Below are positions 28,951-38,483 of a stretch of DNA of 64,000 nt, piece after piece; positions within the stretch are counted from its first letter, which is position 1, and each line of letters starts with the position of its first letter. The stretch lies in NCBI RefSeq assembly GCF_021246445.1, contig NZ_JAJQXW010000001.1:1878168-1942167 (forward strand), in the 5' to 3' direction. The translations under genes were made by a program, and so were the position numbers. The notes beneath the pieces were generated by a model. The model searched no databases and had not been told where the DNA came from. It worked only from the letters and a program-made list of their open reading frames with translations. This stretch comes from Rhabdothermincola salaria. GTDB lineage: Bacteria > Actinomycetota > Acidimicrobiia > Acidimicrobiales > Acidimicrobilacustridaceae.

Positions 28951-31167
28951 ATGCTGCTGTCAGGGGATCCGAACGGCGAACGGGTGCACGGTCGGACCTG
29001 CCCGTTGTGCGAGGCGATGTGCGGGCTCACCGTCCCGGTGACCGCGGAGGGCACCATCGGCACCATCCGCGGCGACCGCGACGACCCGTGGTCCAAGGGG
29101 TTCATCTGCCCCAAGGGATCGGCCCTGGGCCGCCTGCACGAGGACCCCGACCGCGTGCGCACCCCGCTCATCCGTGACGGCGACAGTTTCCGCGAGGCCA
29201 CCTGGGACGAGGCCTTCCGCCGCTGCGAGGAGCTCATCGGCGGCGTCCTCGAACGCCACGGCACCGAGGCCACCGCCAGCTACATCGGCAACCCGGTGGC
29301 CCACAACTTCTCCTACAGCCGCTACGGCAGCGCCCTCATCAACGCCACCGGCCGCTGGTACTCGCCGGGCACCATCGACACCTGGCCCCGCAACGTGGCG
29401 TCGCTGCACCTCTACGGCAACGCCTGGCTGATCCCGGTGCCCGACATCGAGCGCACCGACCTGTTCGTCGTCTTCGGGGCCAACCCCCAGGCGTCCAACG
29501 GCAGCCTGTTCTCCTGCCCCGACATCATGGGCGAGATCGAACGCATCCGGTCTCGCGGCGGGCGCACCATCGTGGTCGACCCCCGCCGCACCGGCACCGC
29601 GGCCAAGGCCGACCAGTGGATCCCCATCCGCCCCGGCGGCGACGCCGCCCTGCTGCTGGCGGTGCTGCACGTCCTCGTCGACGAGGACCGCGTCGATGCC
29701 GGCGCCGTCGCCCACCTCGTCGACGGACTCGACCGCGTCACCGAGATCGCCCGCCGCTACCCGCCCGAACGGGTCGAGGACCTCGCCGGGGTGCCCGCCG
29801 ACGCGATCCGCGACCTGGCCCACCAGCTCGCCGATGCCCCCAGTGCGGCGATCTACGGCCGCATCGGACTGTGCAACCAGGAGTACGGCACCCTCGCTTC
29901 CTGGCTCATCGACGTCGTGGCCATCTGCTCCGGCCACTTCGACCGGGTGGGTGGCTCGATGTTCGCCGACCCCATCAACACCGTCATGTCGTCGCTGGCC
30001 CCGCCCGACACCGACGTGGTCGGCCGGTGGCACAGCCGGGTGCGCGGCGTGCCCGAGGTGCTCGACCAGATCCCGGTCGGCCTCATGGCCGAGGAGATCA
30101 CCACCCCCGGCGACGGCCAGCTGAAGGCCCTGGTGATCCTGGCCGGCAACCCGGTGGTGTCGGCCCCGCAGTCCAACGACCTCGACGCCGCCCTCCCCCA
30201 GCTCGAGTGCCTCATCAGCATCGACAACTACGTCAACGAGACCAGCCGCCACGCCGATGTCATCCTCCCGGGCACCACCGCCCTCGAGACCCCGTTCTTC
30301 GACGCCATGTACCAGGCGTGGTCGGTGCGCAAGATCGGCCGCTGGTCCGACCGGGTGCTCCCCCACCCCGACGGGTGGCCCGAGGACTGGGAGACCCTCC
30401 TCACCCTGCAGGGCCTGCTGTCGGGCCAGCGCCTCGACGACGTCGACGTGCAGGCCACCGACGACGTCATGTTCGACCTGCTGTGCGCGGCCAAGGGCAT
30501 CGACCCCGAGGTGGCCCGGCCCCTCTCGCCGCCCCGGGGACCCGAGCGCCTCACCGACTGGTCGATCCGCACCGGCTCGGTGGGCGACCGCTACGGCGAG
30601 GCCCCCGACGGCTGGACCCTCGAGAAGCTGAAGGCCCACCCCCACGGCGTGGACCTCGGCCCCATGGTCCCCCGGGCCGCCGGCGCCGTGCGCCACCCCG
30701 ACGGGCGCATCCGTCTCGCCCCCGACTACATCGTCGCCGACCTCGACCGCCTCGACGCCGCCCTCGACGCCGAGCGCCCCGACCTCGTGCTCGTCAGCCG
30801 CCGCCACCTGCGCTCCAACAACTCGTGGATGCACAACATCACGGTCCTGGTGAAGGGCAAGGACCGCTGCACACTGCTCGTCCACCCCGACGACGCCGGG
30901 CGCCTCGGCCTCACCGACGGCGAGGCCGCCCAGGTGACGTCGTCGGTCGGTTCACTCGAAGTGCCCGTGGAGGTGAGCGACGAGATGATGCCCGGCGTGG
31001 TGTGCCTCCCCCACGGCTGGGGCCACGACAAGGCCGGCACCCGCCTGTCGATCGCCCGTGAGCACGCCGGGGTGAACAGCAACGAGCTGCTGCCCGCCGA
31101 CTTCTGCGACCCACTCTCCAACAACGTCGCCGTCAACGGCGTCCCCGTCGAGGTCGCCCCCGCCTGA
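28951..31167 (+). CDS. molybdopterin-dependent oxidoreductase (DMSO reductase superfamily, N-terminal 4Fe-4S)
   Basis: CPLCEAMCG...CPKG, GANP..SNGS, VVDPRRT.TA, RSNNSWMHN, PHGWGH. Confidence 0.92.
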   Translation: MLLSGDPNGERVHGRTCPLCEAMCGLTVPVTAEGTIGTIRGDRDDPWSKGFICPKGSALGRLHEDPDRVRTPLIRDGDSFREATWDEAFRRCEELIGGVLERHGTEATASYIGNPVAHNFSYSRYGSALINATGRWYSPGTIDTWPRNVASLHLYGNAWLIPVPDIERTDLFVVFGANPQASNGSLFSCPDIMGEIERIRSRGGRTIVVDPRRTGTAAKADQWIPIRPGGDAALLLAVLHVLVDEDRVDAGAVAHLVDGLDRVTEIARRYPPERVEDLAGVPADAIRDLAHQLADAPSAAIYGRIGLCNQEYGTLASWLIDVVAICSGHFDRVGGSMFADPINTVMSSLAPPDTDVVGRWHSRVRGVPEVLDQIPVGLMAEEITTPGDGQLKALVILAGNPVVSAPQSNDLDAALPQLECLISIDNYVNETSRHADVILPGTTALETPFFDAMYQAWSVRKIGRWSDRVLPHPDGWPEDWETLLTLQGLLSGQRLDDVDVQATDDVMFDLLCAAKGIDPEVARPLSPPRGPERLTDWSIRTGSVGDRYGEAPDGWTLEKLKAHPHGVDLGPMVPRAAGAVRHPDGRIRLAPDYIVADLDRLDAALDAERPDLVLVSRRHLRSNNSWMHNITVLVKGKDRCTLLVHPDDAGRLGLTDGEAAQVTSSVGSLEVPVEVSDEMMPGVVCLPHGWGHDKAGTRLSIAREHAGVNSNELLPADFCDPLSNNVAVNGVPVEVAPA

Positions 31168-31364
31168 TCCCGGCCGGGCCCGTCGCAGGGCAGCCCCCCC
31201 CGGGGCGGCGCCGGACGAGCCCGAGACGCGGCCGGACGAGCCCGGGGGCACCGATGCCGCTGGCTGCGCCCTCGGCCGGAGGCGGCGAAGTATCGTCGAC
31301 CGTGGCGGCGGGTGAGAGGGGCAGCGCCCCACCCCACCGCACCTGGACCCGTGCGGGAGGCGAC

Positions 31365-31871
31365 GTGAGCGACCCAGGACGACCCGACGGGTGGTGGCTG
31401 GCCTCCGACGGTCGCTGGTACCCGCCACCCGAGCCTCGACGCCCCGAGGGCTCCGTCGGACAGACCGGCGCCACGAGTCAGGCCCACCACGGCCAACCGC
31501 GCTACCAGAGCGGGCAGCAGGGCCCACCCGGCTACGGAGGCCCGGCCGCCTACGAAAGCCCGGCCGCCCATGGCACCCAGCCGGCCGGGCAGACCTCCGG
31601 GAAGGCCACCGCGGTCATGGTGCTGGGGATCTCCAGCATCGTGCTCATGTGCGCCTACGGCATCGGGATCATCCCGGCGATCGTCGCGCTCGTCCTCGCC
31701 CGCGGGGCGCGCCGGGAGATCGCGGCCTCGGGCGGGTGGCTCGGGGGTGCGGACCAGATCCGCACCGGCACCATCTGCGCGTGGATCAGCGTGGCGCTCA
31801 CCGGCCTCGCCGTGCTGGCCGTGCTGTTCACCCTCCTGATCCTGATCCTCGCCGCGCTCCCTCCGGGCTGA
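31365..31871 (+). CDS. DUF4190-like membrane protein
   Basis: GWWLASDGRWYPP N-terminal motif, SGKATAVMVLGI TM helices, GGAGG RBS. Confidence 0.75.
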   Translation: MSDPGRPDGWWLASDGRWYPPPEPRRPEGSVGQTGATSQAHHGQPRYQSGQQGPPGYGGPAAYESPAAHGTQPAGQTSGKATAVMVLGISSIVLMCAYGIGIIPAIVALVLARGARREIAASGGWLGGADQIRTGTICAWISVALTGLAVLAVLFTLLILILAALPPG

Positions 31872-31909
31872 TCGTCCTGGGCCGGGCGGCTCATTCCGGA
31901 CCGGGCGAC

Positions 31910-31936
31910 TCAAGGGGCCACCACGGCACGCCGATG
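31910..31936 (+). promoter_or_regulatory. sigma-28 (FliA/WhiG)-like promoter
   Basis: TCAAG-N15-GCCGATG about 50 bp before the lipoprotein start. Confidence 0.5.
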
Positions 31937-31984
31937 CCCCTCGGGTTCATCGAGGCGACCCCGCAATGGGTCCAGGAGGCGTTC

Positions 31985-32647
31985 GTGGTGGGAACCGAGG
32001 CAGCGGCGGCGACGGAACCGAGGACCCCGGTCTGGTCCCGTCGAGGAGGGTGGACGAACCGGCGGGTCGCCACCCTCGCCGCCGCCGGCCTGCTGTCCGC
32101 CGGCTCGCTGGGGCTCGCCGCCTGCGGCAGCGACGACGACGCCGGCGCCGAGGGCACCACCACGACCACGGAGGCCACCGGCAACGGGGCAGGAGCCTCC
32201 TCGGGGGCGCAGCCGGCCGAGGTCGACCAGACGGTGGCGGCGGTGCTGAGCTCCGTCGAGACCAACCTCAACCAGGCCGGTCCCGACGGCCAGGTGGTGT
32301 ACGGCTGGAACCACCTCGTGGGCGACGGCACCGGTTCGGGCACCATCACCGACGGTGACGTGGTCGTCGACATGCTGGGCAACGTCGACTACGTCGACGG
32401 CAGCGGCGAGTTCTTCGGGTTCATCACCTTCGACTTCGGCGACGCCGGCACCCTGGCGGTGCGCATGGACGGCTCGGCCCAGGCCGCCACCGACACCAGC
32501 GACGCCGCCCTGTCGGCCGACCTCGAGATCCTCGGCGGCACCGGCGACCTCGTCGACGCCTCCGGCACCGGCCGCTTCGAGGGCGGCCGCCCCGAGCGCC
32601 TCGGCGGGGCGGTCGAGGGCACCTACTCGTTCGACCTCGCCGACTGA
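31985..32647 (+). CDS. lipoprotein with putative dirigent/allene-oxide-cyclase-like beta-barrel
   Basis: AGGAGG RBS, lipobox LAACG, Thr-rich linker, all-beta pattern with ILGGTG..V.ASGTG. Confidence 0.6.
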   Translation: MVGTEAAAATEPRTPVWSRRGGWTNRRVATLAAAGLLSAGSLGLAACGSDDDAGAEGTTTTTEATGNGAGASSGAQPAEVDQTVAAVLSSVETNLNQAGPDGQVVYGWNHLVGDGTGSGTITDGDVVVDMLGNVDYVDGSGEFFGFITFDFGDAGTLAVRMDGSAQAATDTSDAALSADLEILGGTGDLVDASGTGRFEGGRPERLGGAVEGTYSFDLAD

Positions 32648-32717
32648 CCATCCCGATCGCCATCCCGATCGCCACCCCGGTGCCCGCCCCGGCCGGCCCG
32701 ACGCCTACGGTCCGGGC

Positions 32718-33773
32718 ATGCACGCGTCGCCTCCCGAGATCGGTTCCACCAGGGCGATGCTGGCCGAGATGGTCCCGGACGCCTCGCCCGCCCAGCGCAC
32801 GGCGCTGGCCGCGACGATCGGGGCGCTCAAGGCCAGTGCCAAGGTGTCGCCGGTCCCCATCGCCTTCGCCGTCCGCAAGCTCTTCGAACAGACCGGGGCC
32901 GAGACGACTGCCACGCTGCGCCGCCACGCGCCGATCGACGTGGTCGTGTGGCCCGACGAGCCCTACGGCGAGCGTCCCGAGGAGGTGGCCGACATCTTCG
33001 TGCCCGCCCGCTCGGCCGGCCCCGGCGTCCAACTGCCCACGGTGGTGTGGGTGCACGGCGGCGGGTTCGTGGGTGGCAGCAAGGAGCAGCTGGCCGGCTG
33101 GTTCCGGATCCTCGCCGACGCCGGCTTCTGCGTCGTGGCCCCCCGATACTCCCTCGCCCCCCGGGCCCACCACCCCACCCCGGTGCGCCAGGTGGTGGCC
33201 GTGCTCGACCACCTGCGACGCGACCCCGTCCGCCTCCACGTCGACCCCACCCGCCTGGTCATCGCCGGCGACTCGGCGGGCGCCCACATCGCCGCTCAGG
33301 CCGCCCTCGTCGTCACGGACCCTCGCTTCGCCCGCCGGCTCGGCGTCCGCACCACCATCGACCCCGCCCATCTCCGCGCCACCGTGCTGTGCTGCGGGAT
33401 CTACGACGTGGCCGCCATGGACGACCCCACGTCGCCGTTCGGGCCGTTCTTCGACGCCGTGATGTGGGCCTACGCCGGCACCCGCCGCTGGCGCCTCGAC
33501 CAGGCCTTCACGCTCGGCACGTCCCTGCCGGGCCACGTGACGGCTGCCTTCCCTCCCGCGTTCGTCACCGTGGGCAACGCCGACCCCCTCGCCCCCCAGA
33601 GCGACGAGCTCGTCGGGGCGCTCGAGGCCGCAGGCGTGGTCCACGACGCCTTGCGCTTCCCCGGCGACCACCAGCCGGCGCTGGAGCACGAGTACCAGTT
33701 CGATCTCGATCTCGACGACGCCCGACTCGCCCTCGACCGGATGGTCGCCTTCGTCCGCGCCCACACCGGCTGA
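32718..33773 (+). CDS. HSL-family alpha/beta esterase
   Basis: HGGGF oxyanion motif, GDSAG nucleophile, D(PL)...HEYQF. Confidence 0.9.
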   Translation: MHASPPEIGSTRAMLAEMVPDASPAQRTALAATIGALKASAKVSPVPIAFAVRKLFEQTGAETTATLRRHAPIDVVVWPDEPYGERPEEVADIFVPARSAGPGVQLPTVVWVHGGGFVGGSKEQLAGWFRILADAGFCVVAPRYSLAPRAHHPTPVRQVVAVLDHLRRDPVRLHVDPTRLVIAGDSAGAHIAAQAALVVTDPRFARRLGVRTTIDPAHLRATVLCCGIYDVAAMDDPTSPFGPFFDAVMWAYAGTRRWRLDQAFTLGTSLPGHVTAAFPPAFVTVGNADPLAPQSDELVGALEAAGVVHDALRFPGDHQPALEHEYQFDLDLDDARLALDRMVAFVRAHTG

Positions 33774-33843
33774 CAACGAGCCGCCGCCGGCCGGCCACGC
33801 CAGCTGGGGTCGGCGCCCACGGTGGGCTGGACGGGACCGATCC

Positions 33844-33954
33844 GGCACCCGCCGCTGGCGCCAGGACCGCACCTTCACGCTCGGCACCTCCCTCCCCGGC
33901 CGCGTGACCGCCGCCTTCCCGCCCACGTTCGTGACCGTCGGCAACGCCGACCCA
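33844..33954 (+). pseudogene. diverged 37-codon fragment of the upstream esterase gene (copy of 33477-33587)
   Basis: GTRRWRQDRTFTLGTSLPGRVTAAFPPTFVTVGNADP versus GTRRWRLDQAFTLGTSLPGHVTAAFPPAFVTVGNADP. Confidence 0.85.
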
Positions 33955-34100
33955 CACCCCGGGCGACCGGGTTCGGTCCCGGACCATCCGGGATCTCGGG
34001 TCCCCTCGGCCCCGCCGTGGCGCGGTGCGCCATCGGACATCCCGGTGACCATGCCAGGCCGGCCGGTCACTCCAGGAGGTCGCGGCGCGGTCGCTACGGC

Positions 34101-35243
34101 TCAGCCCGGTGGGCGCTGGAGTACCACCGAGGCCAGCGACAGCAGCTGGCCATCGTTGCCGGCATCGACGCACCGCAGCGTGACCACGCGGTGGTCGGCC
34201 GCGTCGCGCGACACGGTGGCCGACGTGCGGGCCGGGCCGGTGCGGACCTGCGACAGGTAGTGGATCTGCACGTCGGTGGCCACCAGCCCCGGGCACATCG
34301 CTTCGGCGGCGGCCTGGAACACGGCGCCCAGCACGCCACCGTTGATGGTGCCGAAGCTGTTGCGCACGTAGTCGTGGTGGGCGATCTCCACCACGCCCCG
34401 GCTGGCATCGACGACCTCGACGCCGATGCGCTCGAGCAGGGTGCCCACCACCGGCTCGGGCGGTTCCATGGAGCGGTGCTGGCCCACCAGCGCGGCGGGA
34501 TCGAAGCTGCCGGCCGACGCCGAGGCCGACCGGGGGATGCGGGCGAAGGTCAACAGCCCCGTGGCCACGCGGGTCGGGACACCGTCCCCGGCACCGGTTT
34601 CGCCGACGCCCCCGACGTCGTGGCCACCCCCGTGTCCGCCGGTACCACCGCTATCGCTTTCACCTGCGCCCCTGCCTCGCCCGGCATCGCCACCACGCCC
34701 GGTATCGCCGCCATCGCCGACGTCGTGGCCACCCGAATCGCCGACGCCGTCGGACCGGGGTGCGGGCCCCTGCTCGACGGCCGCGTCGATCGCTCGGCGC
34801 AGGACCTCGAGGTCGTCGGTGCCGTGCCCGTCGTAGAGGTCGACGCCCACGACCACCGTGTTGCGCCCCGCTCGCACCAGGCGGGCGTCGACGACGACCG
34901 GCCCCTCGGTGAGCCACCCGGTGGCGTGCAGCGACATGTCCTGGGTGGCGGTCCAGTCCGGCGACCCGGCGATGAGCGCCACCGGGGCGCCGGCGATGTC
35001 GACCAGGGCGGCGAGCTGACCCAACGCCACCGACCCACCGGTGCTGCGCACCCCTTCGGTGAGCGGCGAGCACATCAACAACCGCTCGGCGTCCACCTGC
35101 CAGGTGGCGGTGTCGAGGTCACGCAGGAAGTGCCGCTCGGGCGGATAGGCGGCGGGCGTCGGCGCCCCCTGCGGCGCGGCGGGCGACGTGGACGCCGCCC
35201 CGGTCGACTCGGCCGGGCTCTGCTGGTTCGTGGTGTCCCCCAT
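34101..35243 (-). CDS. double hotdog-fold (PaaI-like) thioesterase with Gly-rich insertion
   Basis: WTATQDMSL...ARLVRAGRNTVV; second domain NSFGTINGG...QIHYL...GPAR. Confidence 0.75.
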   Translation of the reverse strand: MGDTTNQQSPAESTGAASTSPAAPQGAPTPAAYPPERHFLRDLDTATWQVDAERLLMCSPLTEGVRSTGGSVALGQLAALVDIAGAPVALIAGSPDWTATQDMSLHATGWLTEGPVVVDARLVRAGRNTVVVGVDLYDGHGTDDLEVLRRAIDAAVEQGPAPRSDGVGDSGGHDVGDGGDTGRGGDAGRGRGAGESDSGGTGGHGGGHDVGGVGETGAGDGVPTRVATGLLTFARIPRSASASAGSFDPAALVGQHRSMEPPEPVVGTLLERIGVEVVDASRGVVEIAHHDYVRNSFGTINGGVLGAVFQAAAEAMCPGLVATDVQIHYLSQVRTGPARTSATVSRDAADHRVVTLRCVDAGNDGQLLSLASVVLQRPPG

Positions 35244-35603
35244 CCCCGCATCGTCCCACGGCCGGTGCCACCGGCCCCTCGGACACTCCTGGCCGACCCG
35301 GCCGGCACGGACAGCGAGATGGCGACGCACGGCCAGGTGGCACGGACGGCGAGGTGGGACGGCAACGAGGTGGGACGGCAACGAGGTGGGCCGGCGGCGG
35401 GACAGCACGGGCGGCGCGTGGCAACCGCGGCGCGGAGGCATGGACAACAGGGGCACGGGGCGACCTGTCCGGTCCCACCCCGAGCCTCGGGTCCCGGGGC
35501 ACCCCGACCAGGCCCGGGCGGGAGCCTGCGGACGTGCCGAGGAGCGGGATCCCCCCCCTGTCCCGCAGCCAGGGGCGAGGCACCCCAGAAGTAGGGTGCC
35601 GGA

Positions 35604-37130
35604 ATGTCAGGCCCTCGTCGCCACCGCTCGCTGTCCGCCCTCGCCATCGCCGCCGTGGTCGCCGCGCTGGCGCCGGGGGCGCTCGCCGGGACCGGACCGC
35701 AGGCCGAGGCGCAGGCCTCACCCCCGTACGCCGTGAGCGCGGCCGACATCACCGGCCACCTCGAGGCCTTCCAGGCGATCGCCGATGCCAACGACGGCAC
35801 CCGGGCCTTCGACACGCCCGGCTACCAGGCGTCGGTCGACTACGTGGTGCAGCGCCTCGAAGCGGCCGGCTTCGAGGCCGAGATCCACGAGTTCGTCGTC
35901 CCCGACGCCCCCATCCGCGCCGCCGCGCCCGTCGTCGAGCGCACCGCCCCCACCGCTCGCACCTACGTCGAGGGCACCGACTACGAGATGCCCTTCCCCA
36001 ACTCACCGATCGCCGTCGAGGGCGACCTCCACGTGGTCGAGGACGGTTGCGACGCCGACCAATGGGAGGCGGTGCCGGCCGGCACCGTCGTGCTCGTGGC
36101 CACCAGCCCCGACTGCCCCGTGCTCGACGAGGTCGGCGACGCCGGACGGGTCGACGCCGTCGGGGTGCTGGTCGCACCGGGCGACGGCGCCGGGGCACCC
36201 CCGGACGACCTCGACCTCGACGGCCTGCCCTTCTACATCCAGCTCGCCACCATGTCCGTGTCGGGTGACGTCGCCACCGAGCTGGCCCTGCTGGCCGAGA
36301 CCGACACCGTGCGCATGGCGCTCGACCCGGGCATCGACCTCGGCCCGGTCACGTCGTACAACGTGCTCGCCGACTGGCCCGGAACCACCGACGAGGTGGT
36401 GATCGTGGGTGGCCACCTCGACTCGGTGCCCGACGGACCCGGCATCAACGACAACGGTTCGGGTGCCGCCGGCGTGCTGGCCCTCGCCGAACGGTTCGCG
36501 GCCACGAACCCGGCGACCGATCGGACCGTCCGCTTCGCCTTCTGGGGGGCCGAAGAGACCCCGCCCGCCCTGCTCGGGTCCACCGCCTACGTGGCCTCGC
36601 GCACCCCGGCCGAGCTCACGGCGATCGTCGCCTACCTCAACGTCGACATGATCGGCTCGCCCAACTGGATGCGAGGCGTCACCGACCCGGCCGCGTTCCC
36701 CGACGCCGCACACGCCCCGGGGTCCCAGGCCATCACCGATGCGTTCGTCGAGCACTTCGCCGCCGACGGCAAGCCCGTCTGGCCTTTCACGTGGAACGGC
36801 AACTCCGACGACTACCCCTTCGCCCTGGCCGGCATCCCCACCGGCGGCCTCACCACCGGTGCCGGTGGCAACCCGACCCAGCTCAAGACCCCCGAGCAGG
36901 CCGCCCTCTTCGGCGGCACCGCCGGCGAGTACTTCGACGCCTGCTACCACGATGCCTGCGACGACCTGACCAACGTCGACGCCGACATCGCCGCGGAGAT
37001 GACCGGCGCGCTCGGTGCCGTGGCGTTGGAGCTGGCCGACGCCGGCCGACCGACCGGTCCCGTCGAGCCCGGCGACGGTGCCGGCGGACGCACCCCCGCC
37101 CCGGTCCTGGTGCCCGCCTTCACCGGCTGA
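35604..37130 (+). CDS. secreted M28-family aminopeptidase with PA domain and C-terminal PAFTG motif
   Basis: Signal peptide; GHLDSV..GPGINDNGSG, FWGAEE, LNVDMIGS, SDD, DACYH.ACD. Confidence 0.92.
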   Translation: MSGPRRHRSLSALAIAAVVAALAPGALAGTGPQAEAQASPPYAVSAADITGHLEAFQAIADANDGTRAFDTPGYQASVDYVVQRLEAAGFEAEIHEFVVPDAPIRAAAPVVERTAPTARTYVEGTDYEMPFPNSPIAVEGDLHVVEDGCDADQWEAVPAGTVVLVATSPDCPVLDEVGDAGRVDAVGVLVAPGDGAGAPPDDLDLDGLPFYIQLATMSVSGDVATELALLAETDTVRMALDPGIDLGPVTSYNVLADWPGTTDEVVIVGGHLDSVPDGPGINDNGSGAAGVLALAERFAATNPATDRTVRFAFWGAEETPPALLGSTAYVASRTPAELTAIVAYLNVDMIGSPNWMRGVTDPAAFPDAAHAPGSQAITDAFVEHFAADGKPVWPFTWNGNSDDYPFALAGIPTGGLTTGAGGNPTQLKTPEQAALFGGTAGEYFDACYHDACDDLTNVDADIAAEMTGALGAVALELADAGRPTGPVEPGDGAGGRTPAPVLVPAFTG

Positions 37131-37168
37131 CGGTGCCGTGCGTGGGGCTCGGCCGCGCCCTGGCCGGC

Positions 37169-38383
37169 TCAGGGCTCGATGACGACCTTGCCCCGCACCC
37201 GGCCGGCGGCGAGGGCGGCCATGGCGTCGGCCACCTCGTCGAGGGCGTAGGTGCGCTCGACCGCCGGGACCACGGCGCCGGACTCCACCAGGTCGCGCAG
37301 GGCGTCGAGGTCGGCCGCGTTCTCCGAAGAGAGGAAGGTGCCCATGGTCTGGCTCACGAACGGCGACCACAGGGTGGCCAGCAGCTGGCGCTGCATGCCG
37401 CCGAGCACCTTGGCGCCGGTCTCGGAACCCACGATCACCAGCCGTCCCGAGCGGGTGAGGGCCCGGCGCAGGTCGCGCAGGCGCCGGTGCCCACCGGTGT
37501 CGATGACGGCGTCGTAGCGCACCGACCCGTCGAGGGCGTCGGTCGTGGTGTGGTCGACCACGTGGTCGGCGCCCAGGGCCCGCACCAGGTCGACCTTGGA
37601 CCCGCTGGCCACCCCGGTGACCTCGGCGCCGAACGCCTTGGCGATCTGCACCACGTAGGAGCCGACGCCTCCGGAGGCGCCCATCACCAGCACCCGCTGG
37701 CCGGGCTGCACCTTCGCCCGGTCGCGCACCGCCTGCAGGGCGGTGAGCCCGGAGACGGGCAGGGCGGCCGCCTGGGTGGCCGAGACGCCGGCGGGCGCAT
37801 GGGCCAGCTTGGCGACCGGCACCCGGGCATAGGCGGCGAAGGTGCCGTGGCCGAGGCCGAAGACCTCGTCGCCGACGGCGAACCCGGTGACCTCGCCGCC
37901 CACCGCCACCACGGTGCCGGCCACGTCGAGGCCCAGCTGGGGCTCCTTGGGTCGGCGGATCCCGAACCCCATGACCCGCATCAGGTAGGGGCGACCGGCC
38001 ATCAGGTGCCACTGGCCCCGGTCGAGCCCGGCGGCGCTCACCTGCACCACCACCTCGCCGTCGGCCGGCTCGGGGACGGGGAGGGCGTCCACCTCCACGG
38101 TCCGGTGCGGGTCGAGGTCGTAGCGGTGGCGCACCACCGCGGCCATGGTGGCCGGGAGCGGCTTCGGCTGGTCGGTGGGCACGGTGCGGTCCTCTGGGGC
38201 GTCGGCGATGGTGGGGGCCACGTCGGACGGGGAGTCCGTGACGGTCGCGCGGTCGGCGGGGGCGGTCACGCCGTCGATGGCGCTGGTCGCCCCGTCGATG
38301 GCGCTGGTCGCGCCGATGGCCGGGCGCCGCGTGGCGACGGTGGCGGTGGCGGTGGCGGTGGCGGTGGCTCTGGTGTCGGTCAT
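37169..38383 (-). CDS. NAD(P)-dependent quinone oxidoreductase / MDR (Zn-ADH-like) family
   Basis: GLDVAGTV, AAALPVSGLTALQ, GASGGVG, RGKVVI. Repeat-rich N-terminal extension makes the start uncertain. Confidence 0.88.
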   Translation of the reverse strand: MTDTRATATATATATVATRRPAIGATSAIDGATSAIDGVTAPADRATVTDSPSDVAPTIADAPEDRTVPTDQPKPLPATMAAVVRHRYDLDPHRTVEVDALPVPEPADGEVVVQVSAAGLDRGQWHLMAGRPYLMRVMGFGIRRPKEPQLGLDVAGTVVAVGGEVTGFAVGDEVFGLGHGTFAAYARVPVAKLAHAPAGVSATQAAALPVSGLTALQAVRDRAKVQPGQRVLVMGASGGVGSYVVQIAKAFGAEVTGVASGSKVDLVRALGADHVVDHTTTDALDGSVRYDAVIDTGGHRRLRDLRRALTRSGRLVIVGSETGAKVLGGMQRQLLATLWSPFVSQTMGTFLSSENAADLDALRDLVESGAVVPAVERTYALDEVADAMAALAAGRVRGKVVIEP

Positions 38384-38403
38384 GGTGGCAGCTCCGTTCT
38401 TGA

Positions 38404-38454
38404 CGTACAGCGTATGCTTACGACGTACGTAAACAGAACACGTACACTGTACGT
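38404..38454. promoter_or_regulatory. three TetR operator copies (CGTAC-N3-GTACG)
   Basis: CGTACAGCGTATG (38404), CTTACGACGTACG (38417) and perfect ACGTACA-C-TGTACGT (38440-38454) between divergent genes. Confidence 0.75.
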
Positions 38455-38483
38455 CTGTCAACCCCTACTCGTGGAGGTCCCCG

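Noticed and set aside
33759..33773. Esterase C-terminus RAHTG* as a third PxFTG-type signal
   Set aside because: It lacks Pro, the aromatic residue, the linker and a signal peptide; likely coincidence.
33477..33954. Diversity-generating retroelement VR/TR pair
   Set aside because: Differences are mostly synonymous third-position G/C/T changes, not adenine-specific, and there is no reverse transcriptase in the window.
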